In this document: positions 8,226-18,328 of the stretch, one piece after another
Layout: the number at the start of each line of letters is the position of its first letter
Position numbering within the stretch: the stretch's first letter is position 1
Assembly (NCBI GenBank): GCA_050010675.1
Contig: JBEKKN010000008.1
Coordinates: 1,757 to 65,756 of the forward strand
DNA length: 64,000 bases
Reading direction: 5' to 3'
Source of the DNA: Verrucomicrobiota bacterium
GTDB lineage: Bacteria; Verrucomicrobiota; Verrucomicrobiia; Limisphaerales; UBA11358
Made by a program: the position numbers and the translations under genes
The notes under the pieces: generated by a model
Told to the model about the DNA's origin: nothing
The model's input: the letters and a program-made list of their open reading frames with translations, nothing else
The model's database searches: none

Positions 8226-9410
8226 TCAAGTTGCTGGCTGTAATTTGGCGCGCAGGACGTGGATGAGCGCCTTGACGGTCAGTTCGATGAAGAGGAAGGG
8301 CTTGGCGATGAAATCGTTGCCGCCAGCCATCATGGAACTGGTGCGGCTGTCGAAGTCGCTGAGCGCGGTGACAAAGACGACGGGGGTCTTCTTATATTTT
8401 GGCATGGCCCGCAGCTTGGTGCAGAGTTCAAAGCCGGTCATGCCGGGCATGTCCACGTCCAGGAACACGAGATCGTAAGCGGTTTCGGTCAGCAGCTTCA
8501 GCGCGGTGTTGGGGTCGGCGGTGCTGGTGGATGGCAATTGCGCTTTTTCCAGCGCGTAAACCACGGCGCGCTGCGAGATCGGTTCGTCGTCCACCACCAG
8601 AATGTTGACGGCGGGCGGATCCGGGTTGTCCGGTCGTTTGCCGCGCTCGAAGAGAAAGCCGAGAAAATCCACGGCGGCGGCTACGGTCCGGAGGGTGGAG
8701 GTGTTGATGCCCTTCGGTTTTTCGTAGAGTTCCTTGAGCAACGCCTCCAGGGCGGAGGCCATGTGCGCCACGTGCATGAAACCGGCGAGGCCGGCGTTGC
8801 CGCCGAGGGCATGGCTGCGGCGGTAAAGTTCGTGGATGTCGCGGAGCTGGATGGTTTCGGTGTTCGCCTTGATGAGATTTTGCAAACCGGCGCGCAACGC
8901 GGCCAGATTCGCGGGCTGGCCGTCAATGAAGGCCTGTCGCAATTCGGTCAGGAATTTTGTGTCGCCTTCGATGTGGCTGAAATCAGGCTTGGCGGGGGCA
9001 GGCGGTTTACCTGGTTTGGGAGCGGCCTCCGGTACGGCCACACCGCCGCCGATAGTCTGGCGCACGATATCCAGCACGTCCTTGGGCGTGCAATTGGTCT
9101 TGGAAAGGCATTTGCTGGCACCGGCCTTCCAGGCTTCCTGGATCATGTTGGTCAGGTAGGTGTTGGAAAAAACGATGATGGGTATCTTGGTAAATTCCGC
9201 CTCACTACGGACGTTGATGATGAAATCCACGCCTGACATCTTGGGCAGGACGAGATCCAGCAGGAGGATGTCGGGCTTGAAGGTCCGCAGGGTTTTCAAG
9301 CCGCTTTCGCCATCGTACGCCACCTCGGTTTGATAACCCTCAACCGCGAATTTATTACGATAAATGTTCGCAATGACGTGGTCGTCTTCGATGATGAGGA
9401 CTTTTTTCAT
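8226..9410 (-). CDS. response regulator, REC-Hpt-REC architecture (phosphorelay protein)
   Basis: Starts at [10 protein letters not shown] (ATG 9410). REC1 has [14 protein letters not shown], the central Hpt-like block is [15 protein letters not shown], and REC2 has NILVVDDE...[14 protein letters not shown]. Its ATG overlaps the kinase stop (ATGA, 9407-9410). Confidence 0.8.
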   Translation of the reverse strand: MKKVLIIEDDHVIANIYRNKFAVEGYQTEVAYDGESGLKTLRTFKPDILLLDLVLPKMSGVDFIINVRSEAEFTKIPIIVFSNTYLTNMIQEAWKAGASKCLSKTNCTPKDVLDIVRQTIGGGVAVPEAAPKPGKPPAPAKPDFSHIEGDTKFLTELRQAFIDGQPANLAALRAGLQNLIKANTETIQLRDIHELYRRSHALGGNAGLAGFMHVAHMASALEALLKELYEKPKGINTSTLRTVAAAVDFLGFLFERGKRPDNPDPPAVNILVVDDEPISQRAVVYALEKAQLPSTSTADPNTALKLLTETAYDLVFLDVDMPGMTGFELCTKLRAMPKYKKTPVVFVTALSDFDSRTSSMMAGGNDFIAKPFLFIELTVKALIHVLRAKLQPAT

Positions 9411-11878
9411 GAATGAACCGGGGTTGCGATCGTCCCCGCCAGGGCGGGATGCTGGCTCAGAAAATCCTGGGCATGTTTGAATTCGTGCGCGAGGTCCGCG
9501 TGCAATTTTTCCGCGCCGCTCAACTGGCCGGCCTTGCCCTGCCGCTCCAGTTCCCGCAACAGCGGCACGAGCCGGGTCATGCCGAGGGTGGCGCTGGCGC
9601 CGGCGCAACTATGCGCCACGTGGCGAACCACCTCGGTTTGATTCGCGCGGATTGCCGACTCCAATTGCGCAAGCTGTTCCGTGGTCTGCCGGGAGTAAAG
9701 GTCCAGCAATTCGCGCAGACTTTCCGTACTGCCGCCGCTCAAATCCATCAACCGATCCATCTCCACCGGCGGTCCCTCCGCTTCCGGCGGAGCCGCGGGA
9801 ACAGCGGAGGCGATGGTACTGGCGGGAGCGGTTGGGGGCGTGGACCGGGCCGGCGCCGACTGACCTATTTGCGCACTCCAGCGTTCGATGGCGACGCGCA
9901 CGTCTTTGGGACGAATGGGCTTGGACAAATAATCGTCCATGCCCGCTTCGAGACATTTCTCGCGATCGCCCTGCATCGCCTGGGCGGTCATGGCAACGAT
10001 GATGATGTGGGAGTTAAAATTGACGCTGCCGCCGCTCGCCTCAAGCTTGCGGATCATGCGCGTGGCTTCCAGCCCGTCCATTTCCGGCATCATCACGTCC
10101 ATAAAAACCAGATCATAGGGCTTCCGGTCAAGCGCTTCGAGCGCTTCCCGGCCATTGGCCGCCAGGTCCGGCTCGTAGCCCAACTGCTGTAAAATGCGCA
10201 GGGCAACCTTCTGGTTGATCGTGTTGTCGTCGCAAAGCAGCACGCGCAGGGGCTGGCGGCTGGCCATGGTTTCCCCGGCCTGAACCGGGGCCGGGGCCGG
10301 CTCGGGCGGGAGTTGGGTATTGGAAAAGACGCGGGTCAGGACCTCAAAAAACTGGGAGGGTTTGAGGGGTTTGTTGGCAAAGGCCACCCGCGGAATATTT
10401 GCCGTCAACGAGGCTTCGTGGCGCAGGCCGATGGGGGTGAGCAGCACCAGCGGCAGGGTGGACAGCGCGGACCGTTGATGGATTTCGGCGGCCAGGGTGA
10501 AACCGTCCGTGCCCGGCAGTTGCACGTCGAGGATGGCCAGGTCAAAGGGACTGCCCGGCTGGAGCAAATTGATTGCCTGCTGCGCGTCTGCGGCCTCCTG
10601 GGGAATCATGCCCCAACCGGTCACTTGTTCGACCAGCAGCCGGCGGCTGGTCGCATTCGATTCCACAATCAAAACCCGCCGTCCGGCCAACTGGTCCTGC
10701 CGTCCGGCCAGCGCGAACGGCGCCGTTTGCGACTGGACCAGCACGTTGATGGTGAAGTGGAACGCCGAGCCTTCGCCCGGCACGCTCTCGGCCCACATTT
10801 TGCCACCCATCAGTTCGACGAGTTGTTTGCTGATGGCCAGGCCCAGCCCCGTGCCGCCGTAACGGTGCGCCGTGGAGGGGTCCGCCTGCATGAAGGGTTT
10901 GAACAGGCGCGCCAGACGATCCGGCGCAATGCCAATCCCGGTGTCCCGCACGGAAAAATGAACGTGAAACAGGGAGTGTTTTTGTTTTTCCTCCTCCCGG
11001 GCTGAAACCAATTTGATTTGCACCTGGATTTCACCGGTCTTGGTGAACTTGATGGCGTTGCTCAACAGATTGACCAAAACCTGGCGCAGGCGCAAGGCGT
11101 CGCCTTCCACCAGCGCGGAAATCCGGTCGTCCATCTGGTAAACCAGTTCGAGATTCTTTTCGAAGGCCCGCGCGGCCATCAAATCCAGTGTTTCCTCCAC
11201 ACACCCGCGCAAATCGAAGGGCCGCGAATCCAGCTCAAGCTTGCCCGCCTCGATTTTTGAAAAATCAAGGATGTCGTTGATGATGGTGAGCAACGCCTCG
11301 CTGCTGGCGTGGATGGTTTCCAGGTAACCGCGCTGCTCGGCGGTCAGCGGCGTTTCCAGCAGCAGGCCGACCATCGCCACCACGCCGTTCATGGGCGTGC
11401 GGATTTCATGGCTCATCGCCGCCAGAAAATCCGATTTGGCGCGGGCGGCGGATTCGGCGGCGATCCGGGCGGCCATCAACTCGCGCTGATGGCGGAGCAG
11501 TTCGGCGAACTGCCGTTTGATTTTCAGCGCGGCGTACAGGCGCGCCCGCAGTTCCATGGCGTCAAACGGCCGGGTCACACAGTCGTGCGCGCCCAGTTCA
11601 AATGCGCGCAGCATTTCCGCCGGCGCCTCTGCGGAGGTGAACACAATGACGGGGATGGTCTCGGTGGCCGGCACCTCCTTGAGTTCCTGCAGCAAGGCCA
11701 TGTCGGTGGCTCCCAGGAGGACGAGATCGGCCGGGTGGTCGCGCAGCAACTCGAAAATCCCGTCGCCGGGTGGCACCCGCCGGATGGCAATATCATCCGC
11801 CCGCAGCAATTCGGATAACACCGCCGGCAATTCCGGGTCGTTGCCAACCAGAAAGATTTGAGCTGCGGCATGTCTCAT
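9407..11878 (-). CDS. cytoplasmic hybrid sensor histidine kinase (pseudo-REC, HisKA, HATPase, REC, REC, Hpt)
   Basis: H-box [13 protein letters not shown]; G-boxes DTGIGI...GGTGLGLAI; receivers with [14 protein letters not shown] and [14 protein letters not shown]; C-terminal Hpt [14 protein letters not shown]. The N-terminal receiver-like domain lacks the acceptor Asp (DLVLLGATD). No TM segment was seen. Confidence 0.85.
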   Translation of the reverse strand: MRHAAAQIFLVGNDPELPAVLSELLRADDIAIRRVPPGDGIFELLRDHPADLVLLGATDMALLQELKEVPATETIPVIVFTSAEAPAEMLRAFELGAHDCVTRPFDAMELRARLYAALKIKRQFAELLRHQRELMAARIAAESAARAKSDFLAAMSHEIRTPMNGVVAMVGLLLETPLTAEQRGYLETIHASSEALLTIINDILDFSKIEAGKLELDSRPFDLRGCVEETLDLMAARAFEKNLELVYQMDDRISALVEGDALRLRQVLVNLLSNAIKFTKTGEIQVQIKLVSAREEEKQKHSLFHVHFSVRDTGIGIAPDRLARLFKPFMQADPSTAHRYGGTGLGLAISKQLVELMGGKMWAESVPGEGSAFHFTINVLVQSQTAPFALAGRQDQLAGRRVLIVESNATSRRLLVEQVTGWGMIPQEAADAQQAINLLQPGSPFDLAILDVQLPGTDGFTLAAEIHQRSALSTLPLVLLTPIGLRHEASLTANIPRVAFANKPLKPSQFFEVLTRVFSNTQLPPEPAPAPVQAGETMASRQPLRVLLCDDNTINQKVALRILQQLGYEPDLAANGREALEALDRKPYDLVFMDVMMPEMDGLEATRMIRKLEASGGSVNFNSHIIIVAMTAQAMQGDREKCLEAGMDDYLSKPIRPKDVRVAIERWSAQIGQSAPARSTPPTAPASTIASAVPAAPPEAEGPPVEMDRLMDLSGGSTESLRELLDLYSRQTTEQLAQLESAIRANQTEVVRHVAHSCAGASATLGMTRLVPLLRELERQGKAGQLSGAEKLHADLAHEFKHAQDFLSQHPALAGTIATPVHS

Positions 11879-12011
11879 GACGGTGATTTCAATGTGATTC
11901 CGATGTCTATTTTAAGGACGCTGGTGCTCAGAATGCTCATTCAACATCAGTTTGGCCATTTTAGCCAACCCGTTTTTTTTGTTTACCGCAATTCCAATGC
12001 CGAAAGAAACA

Positions 12012-12040
12012 TTGCCGGTGCGGAGTATTGCCGATAAAAT
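12012..12040 (+). promoter_or_regulatory. candidate promoter TTGCCG-N17-TAAAAT, 6 nt upstream of ATG 12047
   Basis: Read directly. The spacing predicts a TSS at or next to the A of the ATG (leaderless). Confidence 0.45.
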
Positions 12041-12046
12041 CGGGCC

Positions 12047-13096
12047 ATGCTGCAAACGGTGCTTGAGCCTGGCACGGCGGAAAACGCGGCTATGTTTCGT
12101 GAAACGTATCTGGCCGCCTACCGCTTCATGTTGCAGGCAAGGTTGTTGGATGACAAATTCGCGGCGCTTTGGCGTTCCGGCAGAATTCACGGTGGCGTCT
12201 TCCTCGGACGCGGCCAGGAAGCCTTGAGCGCGGCCACCGGTGTCGTGTTGCAAAAAGGCGACGTGTTCGCGCCGTTAATTCGTGACGCGGCGGGGCGGCT
12301 GGCCTTCGGCGAGACCATCCGGGACGCCGCCCGCACCTATCTCGGCTCGGCGCTGGGACCGATGCGCGGCCGCGACGGCAACGTCCACCGCGGCAAGCCC
12401 CGGGAAGGTTATCTGCCGATGATCAGCCATCTTGGCGCAATGATTTCCGTCGTGAACGGCATTTTGCTGGCGCGCCGGTTCAAAAAGATCTCCGGCACGG
12501 TCGGCGCGGCCAGCATCGGCGACGGCGCGACCTCCACCGGCGCCTTTCACGAAGCGCTCAACCAGGCGGCGGTGGAAAAATTGCCGCTCGTGCTGGTGGT
12601 GGCCGACAATCAGTACGCCTATTCAACCCCCACGACGCGCCAGTTTGCCTGCCGCGACCTGGCGGACAAGGCGGCCGGTTACGGTGTGGAAGTGGAATCG
12701 CTGGACGGCACTGATTTGAATGCGTGCCTGCAAACCATCGGGCGGTCGGTCGCGCAGGCGCGCACCGGCCGGGGCCCACAGCTGGTGGTCGCCACGTTGC
12801 TCCGGCTTTGCGGCCACGGTGAACACGACGACGCCGGCTACATCGATCCCCAGTTAAAAGCGTCCCCCACCGGACGTGACTGCCTGAAAGTGGCCGAGGA
12901 ACATCTGGTCCGCCAGAAATGGGCGGACGCCGCGGCCCTCGCGGCCTGGCGCGGTGAAGTCATTCATGAAATCGACGAAGCCATCGCCCAGGTGCAGCGC
13001 GAGCCCGCGCCGGATCCATTTACCGAGGAGTGGCGGGCGATTTCTTCCCGGCACTTGAGCGAAACCCACGACGAAAATGAGGTTGATCCGGCATGA
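12047..13096 (+). CDS. TPP-dependent 2-oxoacid dehydrogenase E1 component, alpha subunit
   Basis: TPP motif GDGATSTGAFHEALNQAAVEKLPLVLVVADNQYA. Followed by E1 beta with an ATGA overlap. Confidence 0.85.
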   Translation: MLQTVLEPGTAENAAMFRETYLAAYRFMLQARLLDDKFAALWRSGRIHGGVFLGRGQEALSAATGVVLQKGDVFAPLIRDAAGRLAFGETIRDAARTYLGSALGPMRGRDGNVHRGKPREGYLPMISHLGAMISVVNGILLARRFKKISGTVGAASIGDGATSTGAFHEALNQAAVEKLPLVLVVADNQYAYSTPTTRQFACRDLADKAAGYGVEVESLDGTDLNACLQTIGRSVAQARTGRGPQLVVATLLRLCGHGEHDDAGYIDPQLKASPTGRDCLKVAEEHLVRQKWADAAALAAWRGEVIHEIDEAIAQVQREPAPDPFTEEWRAISSRHLSETHDENEVDPA

Positions 13097-14058
13097 GTGT
13101 CACCTACCTCGAAGCCATCCGCGAGGCGCAGGCGCACGCGTTGCGCGATGATCCGCGGGTGTTCATCTATGGGCAGGACGTCGGCGCGTTTGGCGGCGCG
13201 TTCAAGGCCACCAAAAATCTGGCCGCCGAATTTCCCGGCCGGGTGCTGGATTCGCCCATCAGCGAGGATGCGATCATGGGACTGGCTGTGGGCGCGGCCA
13301 TCGAAGGCATGCGGCCGATTGTGGAAATGCAATTTGCGGATTTTTCGACCGTGGGCTTCAACCAGATTGTCAACCAGGCGGCGACCCTGTTCTGGCGCAC
13401 CAATGTGCCCTGCCCCATCACGGTGCGCCTCCCGTTTGGCGGCACTTCGGGCAGCGGACCGTTCCACAGCCAGTGCCTGGAAACCGTGTACGCGCATTAC
13501 CCGGGATTGATCGTATTGACGCCCGCCACGGTCGAGGACGCTTATAGCATGCTGCTCGAAGCGGTGGCGATTGACGACCCCGTGATTTTCTGCGAACACA
13601 AATTTCTTTATTACCATCTCAAGGCCGAAAAATTACCGAGCGAGGCCCTGCCCGTCGGCAAGGCCCGCATCGCGCGCGAAGGCCGCGACATGACCATCGT
13701 GACCTACAGCGCCATGGTGCATGAGGCGCTGGAAGCGGCCAAGGAACTCACGCCCGAAGGCTGGGAGGTCGAAGTGGTGGATCTGCGTTCCGTGAAACCG
13801 ATTGACACCGACACGGTGATGGCCAGCGTGGCGCGCACGGGACGGTTGCTGTGCGTCGGCGAAGCCTGGCCCTGGGGCGGGGTGACGGCGGAAATCATTG
13901 CACGGGTGGTGACTGAAGGTTATGGCCTGCTCGACGCGCCGCCGCAACGGCTCAACGCCAAGGACACGCCCGTGCCGTATCACCCGAATTTGTGGGCCGC
14001 TCATCGTCCGACCGCGCGTGCCATCGCCGCCGCCGCCCGGAAACTCCTCAGGCTCTAA
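13093..14058 (+). CDS. 2-oxoacid dehydrogenase E1 component, beta subunit
   Basis: MSVTYLEAIREAQ...VFIYGQDVG..GGAFKAT..L...DSPISEDAIMG, the transketolase-like pyrimidine-binding and C-terminal domains. Confidence 0.9.
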   Translation: MSVTYLEAIREAQAHALRDDPRVFIYGQDVGAFGGAFKATKNLAAEFPGRVLDSPISEDAIMGLAVGAAIEGMRPIVEMQFADFSTVGFNQIVNQAATLFWRTNVPCPITVRLPFGGTSGSGPFHSQCLETVYAHYPGLIVLTPATVEDAYSMLLEAVAIDDPVIFCEHKFLYYHLKAEKLPSEALPVGKARIAREGRDMTIVTYSAMVHEALEAAKELTPEGWEVEVVDLRSVKPIDTDTVMASVARTGRLLCVGEAWPWGGVTAEIIARVVTEGYGLLDAPPQRLNAKDTPVPYHPNLWAAHRPTARAIAAAARKLLRL

Positions 14059-14068
14059 AACCACCATT

Positions 14069-15262
14069 ATGCCGCAGATTCCCATCATCATGCCGCAACT
14101 GGGCGAATCCATCGCCGAGGCCAATATCATCAGCTTCCTGGTGAAGCCCGGCGACACCATTGAGGCCGGTCAGGATTTGATCGAGGTCGAAACCAACAAG
14201 GCGACCATGACCGTCACCGCGCCCTGCGGCGGGCGCATTGAACGGTTCACGGCGCAATTGAACGAAAGCTACGCCGTCGGGGCCACCCTGGGCCGCATTG
14301 AAACCACGCAGGAAGAAGCCGTGCGGCTGGGTTTGGAGACTTCGGCTCCCGCCAAACCGGGTGATACCGACCGGGTTTCCCGGTCGGACGCGAACGGCAG
14401 CCGGAGCCGCGTGCAGCCGACGGTGCGCGGCCTGCCCGTGCCGGCGAACGCCGCCGGCGCCAGTTTTCTCTCGCCCCGGCTCAAGGCGCGCATGACGGAA
14501 CTGGGCTTGAGCGCCGCCGACTTGGCGGGCGTGGCGGGCAGTGGCGCGGCGGGGCGCGTAACCGTCGAGGACTTTGAAAAATTCATCGCCCATCTCGAAA
14601 AACAAAAAATGAGCCAGGCCTCGACGATGCGGGTGGCCGTGGCGGACGCGATGCGGCGCAGCTGGACCCGGCCACTGGCCCACGTGGGCATGCCGGTGTG
14701 CCTCGACCCGCTGTTCGCCTACCGCAAGGTGGCGCGGCCCAAACCCGGCCCGGCGCTTTGTGCGTTACGCGCACTGGCGGTGGCGCTGGCGGAAAATAGC
14801 GCGCCAGCCGGCCGCCTGGTCGGCAACAAAATCGTCCACCCGTCCGCCATCGACATCGGATTTGCCGTCGAAGCCGAGGATGGTGTGCTCGTGCCGGTGA
14901 TTCGAAACGCGGACCAGCGGTCGCTGAAGGATCTGATCGCGCCTTACAACGAGCTGGTGGAAATGGCCCGCGAACGCAAATTGCCGCCCAATGCGACGGG
15001 CGGTTCCATCGCCACCGTCACCAATTTCGGCACCTTTGGCCTGGAATGGGCCACGCCGATTCCGCTGCCGGAACAGACGCTCGTGCTGGGCATGGGCGCC
15101 GCGCGCCACGCACCGAGTTGGGATTCCGTAAAAGGCCAGTTTGTGCCGATCATGGAAGCAAACCTGACTCTGAGTTTTGATCACCGGGTCATCGACGGCG
15201 GCGCAGCCGGAAGATTGCTCCAGCGCGTCGCGGCCCTGATCTCCAAGCCGGAGGAGCTTTGA
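14069..15262 (+). CDS. dihydrolipoamide acyltransferase (E2) component
   Basis: ATG 14069 (MPQIPIIMPQLGESIAEANI). Lipoyl-Lys context is VETNKATMTV and the catalytic motif is SFDHRVIDGGAAGRLL. The track ORF start at 13922 overlaps E1 beta and was rejected. Confidence 0.9.
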   Translation: MPQIPIIMPQLGESIAEANIISFLVKPGDTIEAGQDLIEVETNKATMTVTAPCGGRIERFTAQLNESYAVGATLGRIETTQEEAVRLGLETSAPAKPGDTDRVSRSDANGSRSRVQPTVRGLPVPANAAGASFLSPRLKARMTELGLSAADLAGVAGSGAAGRVTVEDFEKFIAHLEKQKMSQASTMRVAVADAMRRSWTRPLAHVGMPVCLDPLFAYRKVARPKPGPALCALRALAVALAENSAPAGRLVGNKIVHPSAIDIGFAVEAEDGVLVPVIRNADQRSLKDLIAPYNELVEMARERKLPPNATGGSIATVTNFGTFGLEWATPIPLPEQTLVLGMGAARHAPSWDSVKGQFVPIMEANLTLSFDHRVIDGGAAGRLLQRVAALISKPEEL

Positions 15263-15326
15263 CGGCCGCGCGGGTCTTTGGCTTTTCATTCTTCGAGCCG
15301 TCTGATAAAGCTTACCCGTACATACC

Positions 15327-16454
15327 ATGAATTTTATTAAAGCAACACTCGCCGCCTTGACGTTGATCGTCCTGTTTGATTCGTTGGGAAACAGCCAGCC
15401 GGTCGCGGCCGGGGACGGGCTGCTGGCGAGCCAGACGCGCCCGTTCGATTCCAAGCTCGCCCCTATGCTTCTCCACACCGAAGGAACCCGGGTTCTCGAT
15501 GCGAACGGCCATCCGGTCCGGCTTCACGGCGTCAACATCGCGTCGCTGGAATACCGGACCGACGGTGACCATGTGCAGGAATCGGTGAACCGCGCCATCA
15601 ATGACTGGAAGGTAAACTTCATCCGCCTGCCGCTGGTCCAGGACCGCTGGTTCGGCAAAATGGAAGACCAAACCGATAGCGGCGCGGCTTATCGCGCCAT
15701 CGTGGACCACATTGCGGACACCTGCGCGGCGGCGCATGTTTATATCGACCTGGATTTGCACTGGTCGGACTGCGGCACATGGGTCAATGACGGCGGCCGG
15801 CTCGGTCAGCACAACCTGCCGGACCAGAACTCCGTGGTCTTCTGGCACGACATGGCCGCGCGGTACAAAAATCATCCCTACGTCATTTTCGGACTCTACA
15901 ATGAGCCCCACGACGTGCCCTGGGACGTGTGGCGCAACGGCGGCACGGTTACGGACATCCCGGCCCGATGGAACCCCGACCAGACCAATATCACCTACGA
16001 GGCGGTGGGGATGCAGAAGTTATATGACACCGTCCGCGCCGCCGGCGCGGAAAATGTCGTGACCGTGGGCGGCCTGAACTGGGGATACGATCTGAGCGGC
16101 GTGCTGCAAGGCCAGGCGATCACCGGCACCAACTTCGTCTATGAAACTCATCCCTATCCGAACAAAAAGGATTGGGACAAATGTTTTGGCGAGGTCAGCA
16201 GCCAATACCCGGTGTATGTGGGGGAATGGGGTTTTGGCGGACGGAACCTGGGTGAGACCGACGGTCTCGCCTATGGACAACGGATGATGGATTACATAAA
16301 AGCGCACGCCATCCCCATGTGGACGGCGTGGGATTTCAGCGCGACCGCGGGGCCGACCATGTTTAAAAACTGGCGGTATGAGCCGACGCCGTTCGGCGAA
16401 TTCGTCGGAAAACAACTGGCCGGGACAGCCGCGGCCCGCGGCTCAAAAAATTGA
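15327..16454 (+). CDS. secreted glycoside hydrolase family 5 (cellulase/mannanase-like)
   Basis: Has a signal peptide. Contains GVNIASLEY...FIRLPL...FGLYNEPHD (acid/base Glu)...VGEWGF (nucleophile Glu). Confidence 0.8.
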   Translation: MNFIKATLAALTLIVLFDSLGNSQPVAAGDGLLASQTRPFDSKLAPMLLHTEGTRVLDANGHPVRLHGVNIASLEYRTDGDHVQESVNRAINDWKVNFIRLPLVQDRWFGKMEDQTDSGAAYRAIVDHIADTCAAAHVYIDLDLHWSDCGTWVNDGGRLGQHNLPDQNSVVFWHDMAARYKNHPYVIFGLYNEPHDVPWDVWRNGGTVTDIPARWNPDQTNITYEAVGMQKLYDTVRAAGAENVVTVGGLNWGYDLSGVLQGQAITGTNFVYETHPYPNKKDWDKCFGEVSSQYPVYVGEWGFGGRNLGETDGLAYGQRMMDYIKAHAIPMWTAWDFSATAGPTMFKNWRYEPTPFGEFVGKQLAGTAAARGSKN

Positions 16455-16472
16455 AGCATTCCAAATGAAAAA

Positions 16473-16492
16473 GGCGGGACCGAAGTCCCGCC
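16473..16492 (-). terminator. rho-independent terminator hairpin downstream of rplS (convergent with GH5)
   Basis: GGCGGGAC-cgaa-GTCCCGCC is a perfect 8-bp stem. The AAAAA run at 16468-72 becomes a U-tract on the minus-strand transcript. Confidence 0.7.
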
Positions 16493-16517
16493 GGAAAGAT
16501 CTGGACAGATTCGCGAA

Positions 16518-16898
16518 CTACTTGGCCGCCGGTTCGGGAGTCGCCCGGTCCTCTTTTTCGCGGACGAGGGTTGCACCCTTGCCAAGTCGCTTGCGCAGGT
16601 AGGTCAGTTTGGCCCGGCGGACTTCGCCCTGGCGTTCCACTTCAATTTTGTCCACGCGCGGCGAATGCAACGGGAACACGCGCTCCACGCCTTCACCATA
16701 GCTGATGCGGCGGACGGTGAAGGTCTCATTCAAGCCATGCCCGCGTTTGCCAATCACGACGCCGGAGAAGATCTGGATGCGCTCCTTGTCACCTTCCACC
16801 ACCTTGGTATGCACGCGGATGCTGTCGCCGACCGCGAATTTCGCGTCGTCCTTGCGATACTGCTCCGATTCGATTTTTTCCTGTAATGCCTGGTTCAT
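16518..16898 (-). CDS. rplS: 50S ribosomal protein L19
   Basis: [49 protein letters not shown]...; start taken at M26 of the track ORF. Confidence 0.95.
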   Translation of the reverse strand: MNQALQEKIESEQYRKDDAKFAVGDSIRVHTKVVEGDKERIQIFSGVVIGKRGHGLNETFTVRRISYGEGVERVFPLHSPRVDKIEVERQGEVRRAKLTYLRKRLGKGATLVREKEDRATPEPAAK

Positions 16899-16911
16899 AA
16901 ATCTCTCCGAT

Positions 16912-16988
16912 GGTGACAAGTGGCACGTGTCATGTGACACGATCGACATGCGCGGGTTCTTGTCACCTGTCACCCGTCACCTGTCACT
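16912..16988. repeat. inverted pair of 4-unit heptamer arrays with no enclosed ORF
   Basis: Left arm GGTGACA AGTGGCA CGTGTCA TGTGACA (16912-39) and right arm TGTCACC TGTCACC CGTCACC TGTCACT (16961-88), separated by 21 nt. About 21/28 complementary by hand. Lies between the trmD stop and the rplS start. Confidence 0.75.
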
Positions 16989-17659
16989 TACAACAAATCC
17001 GGCCGCCGTTCCCGCGTCCGCAACTTCGCCTGTTCGCGCCGCCACTTTTCAATCTCGGCGTGGTTGCCCGACACCAGAACGTCCGGAACCGGCATGCCGC
17101 GAAATTCCGCCGGCCGCGTGTACTGCGGATATTCCAATCCCGGCTCGCCGGGACTGAACGACTCGTCGCGCGAACTTTCATCGTCGCCCAACACCCCGGG
17201 CAGCAACCGGACCACGGCGTCAATCACCACCATCGCGGGCAATGCCCCGTTCGTCAGCACATAGTCGCCGATGGACAACTCGTCGTCCGCCAGCGCGTCC
17301 CGCACACGCTCGTCAAAACCTTCGTAATGACCGGTGACGAGCAGCAAATCGTCCCCTTGCGCCAGTTCGCGCGCGATGGCCTGGCGAAACGGCCGCCCGG
17401 CGGGCGACAGCAAAATCACGCGCGTCTTTTCGCGCTTCAAACTTTCCACGGCCTCAAAGAGCGGCTCCGGCTTCAGCAACATTCCCGGGCCGCCGCCAAA
17501 GGGCCGGTCGTCCACGGTCTTGTGCCGGTCATGCGTCCAGTCACGGAGATTGTGGATCTTCAAATCCAACAAACCGGCTGTCCGCGCGCGCTTGACGATG
17601 CTCTCGTCCAGCGGTCCGGCAAACATCGCCGGAAACAAAGTGAGCACGTCGATTTTCAT
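16988..17659 (-). CDS. trmD: tRNA (guanine37-N1)-methyltransferase
   Basis: [25 protein letters not shown]...GGGPGM...[13 protein letters not shown], a typical TrmD. Start taken at M13 of the track ORF. Confidence 0.95.
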   Translation of the reverse strand: MKIDVLTLFPAMFAGPLDESIVKRARTAGLLDLKIHNLRDWTHDRHKTVDDRPFGGGPGMLLKPEPLFEAVESLKREKTRVILLSPAGRPFRQAIARELAQGDDLLLVTGHYEGFDERVRDALADDELSIGDYVLTNGALPAMVVIDAVVRLLPGVLGDDESSRDESFSPGEPGLEYPQYTRPAEFRGMPVPDVLVSGNHAEIEKWRREQAKLRTRERRPDLL

Positions 17660-17698
17660 GTTGCAGCGTGCCCGGCGGTGGCAGACCGCCGCCACCCA

Positions 17699-17944
17699 TC
17701 AAGCCGCCGGCTGGTCCTCGACGATTTCCACCGAACAACGCAGCCCCTTTTTGGCGCTGCCGGCGAGCAACAGGGACCGGATGGCGTTGATCGTCACCCC
17801 GTGCCGACCGATGATTTTGCCGACATCCTGCTGGTCCAGGCGGAGTTCATAAACCGTCATGCCCTCGCGTTCCACCGGGGTAACGGAAACCGCCCCGGGA
17901 TTTTGCACCAGTCCCTTGACGACGTATTCCAAAAACGCCTGCAT
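17699..17944 (-). CDS. KH-domain RNA-binding protein (YlqC/UPF0109-like)
   Basis: 81 aa with DVGKIIGRHGVTINAIRSLL (GxxG KH motif). Located between rpsP and trmD. Confidence 0.85.
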   Translation of the reverse strand: MQAFLEYVVKGLVQNPGAVSVTPVEREGMTVYELRLDQQDVGKIIGRHGVTINAIRSLLLAGSAKKGLRCSVEIVEDQPAA

Positions 17945-17960
17945 GACGCCAAAAAAACAA

Positions 17961-18215
17961 TCAGGCCGCCGCCGTGACCTTGCCGGCCTTCTTGATAAAG
18001 CTGGCCACGGTTTCGCTCGGTTGCGCGCCCTTGCCCAGCCAGTATTTGGCGCGATCGAGTTTAAGCGAAAAATTGTCGCCCTTTTTCAAAGGCTGATACG
18101 TGCCGATTTCCTCGATGAACTTGCCATCGCGCGGACTGCGGCTGTCAGCCACCACAATGCGAAACACCGGGGCATTCTTGGTCCCCACGCGTTTCATGCG
18201 AATTTTTACTGCCAT
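17961..18215 (-). CDS. rpsP: 30S ribosomal protein S16
   Basis: [42 protein letters not shown]. Confidence 0.95.
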   Translation of the reverse strand: MAVKIRMKRVGTKNAPVFRIVVADSRSPRDGKFIEEIGTYQPLKKGDNFSLKLDRAKYWLGKGAQPSETVASFIKKAGKVTAAA

Positions 18216-18328
18216 AAATTATTCAAAAGAGCACAGAGACTAACGTCACCCGGCGCGCTTGGCAAGCCTTGTTTTCAACGAAAAAGGCTGCTTGCCGGCC
18301 TCGCCAATCGCTGGTTTGCTGTGGTGAC

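Noticed and set aside
8226-11878. Hybrid kinase plus receiver protein as a possible two-component-type anti-phage system (Detocs-like).
   Set aside because: No effector domain (nuclease, PNP, etc.) and no TPR-type sensor. The composition matches the surrounding genome. It looks like a housekeeping phosphorelay.
18259-18297. Imperfect hairpin GGCAAGCCTT...AAGGC(tg)CTTGCC between rpsP and the Uma2 gene.
   Set aside because: The stem is bulged, there is no U-tract, and the strand assignment is ambiguous. Not called.
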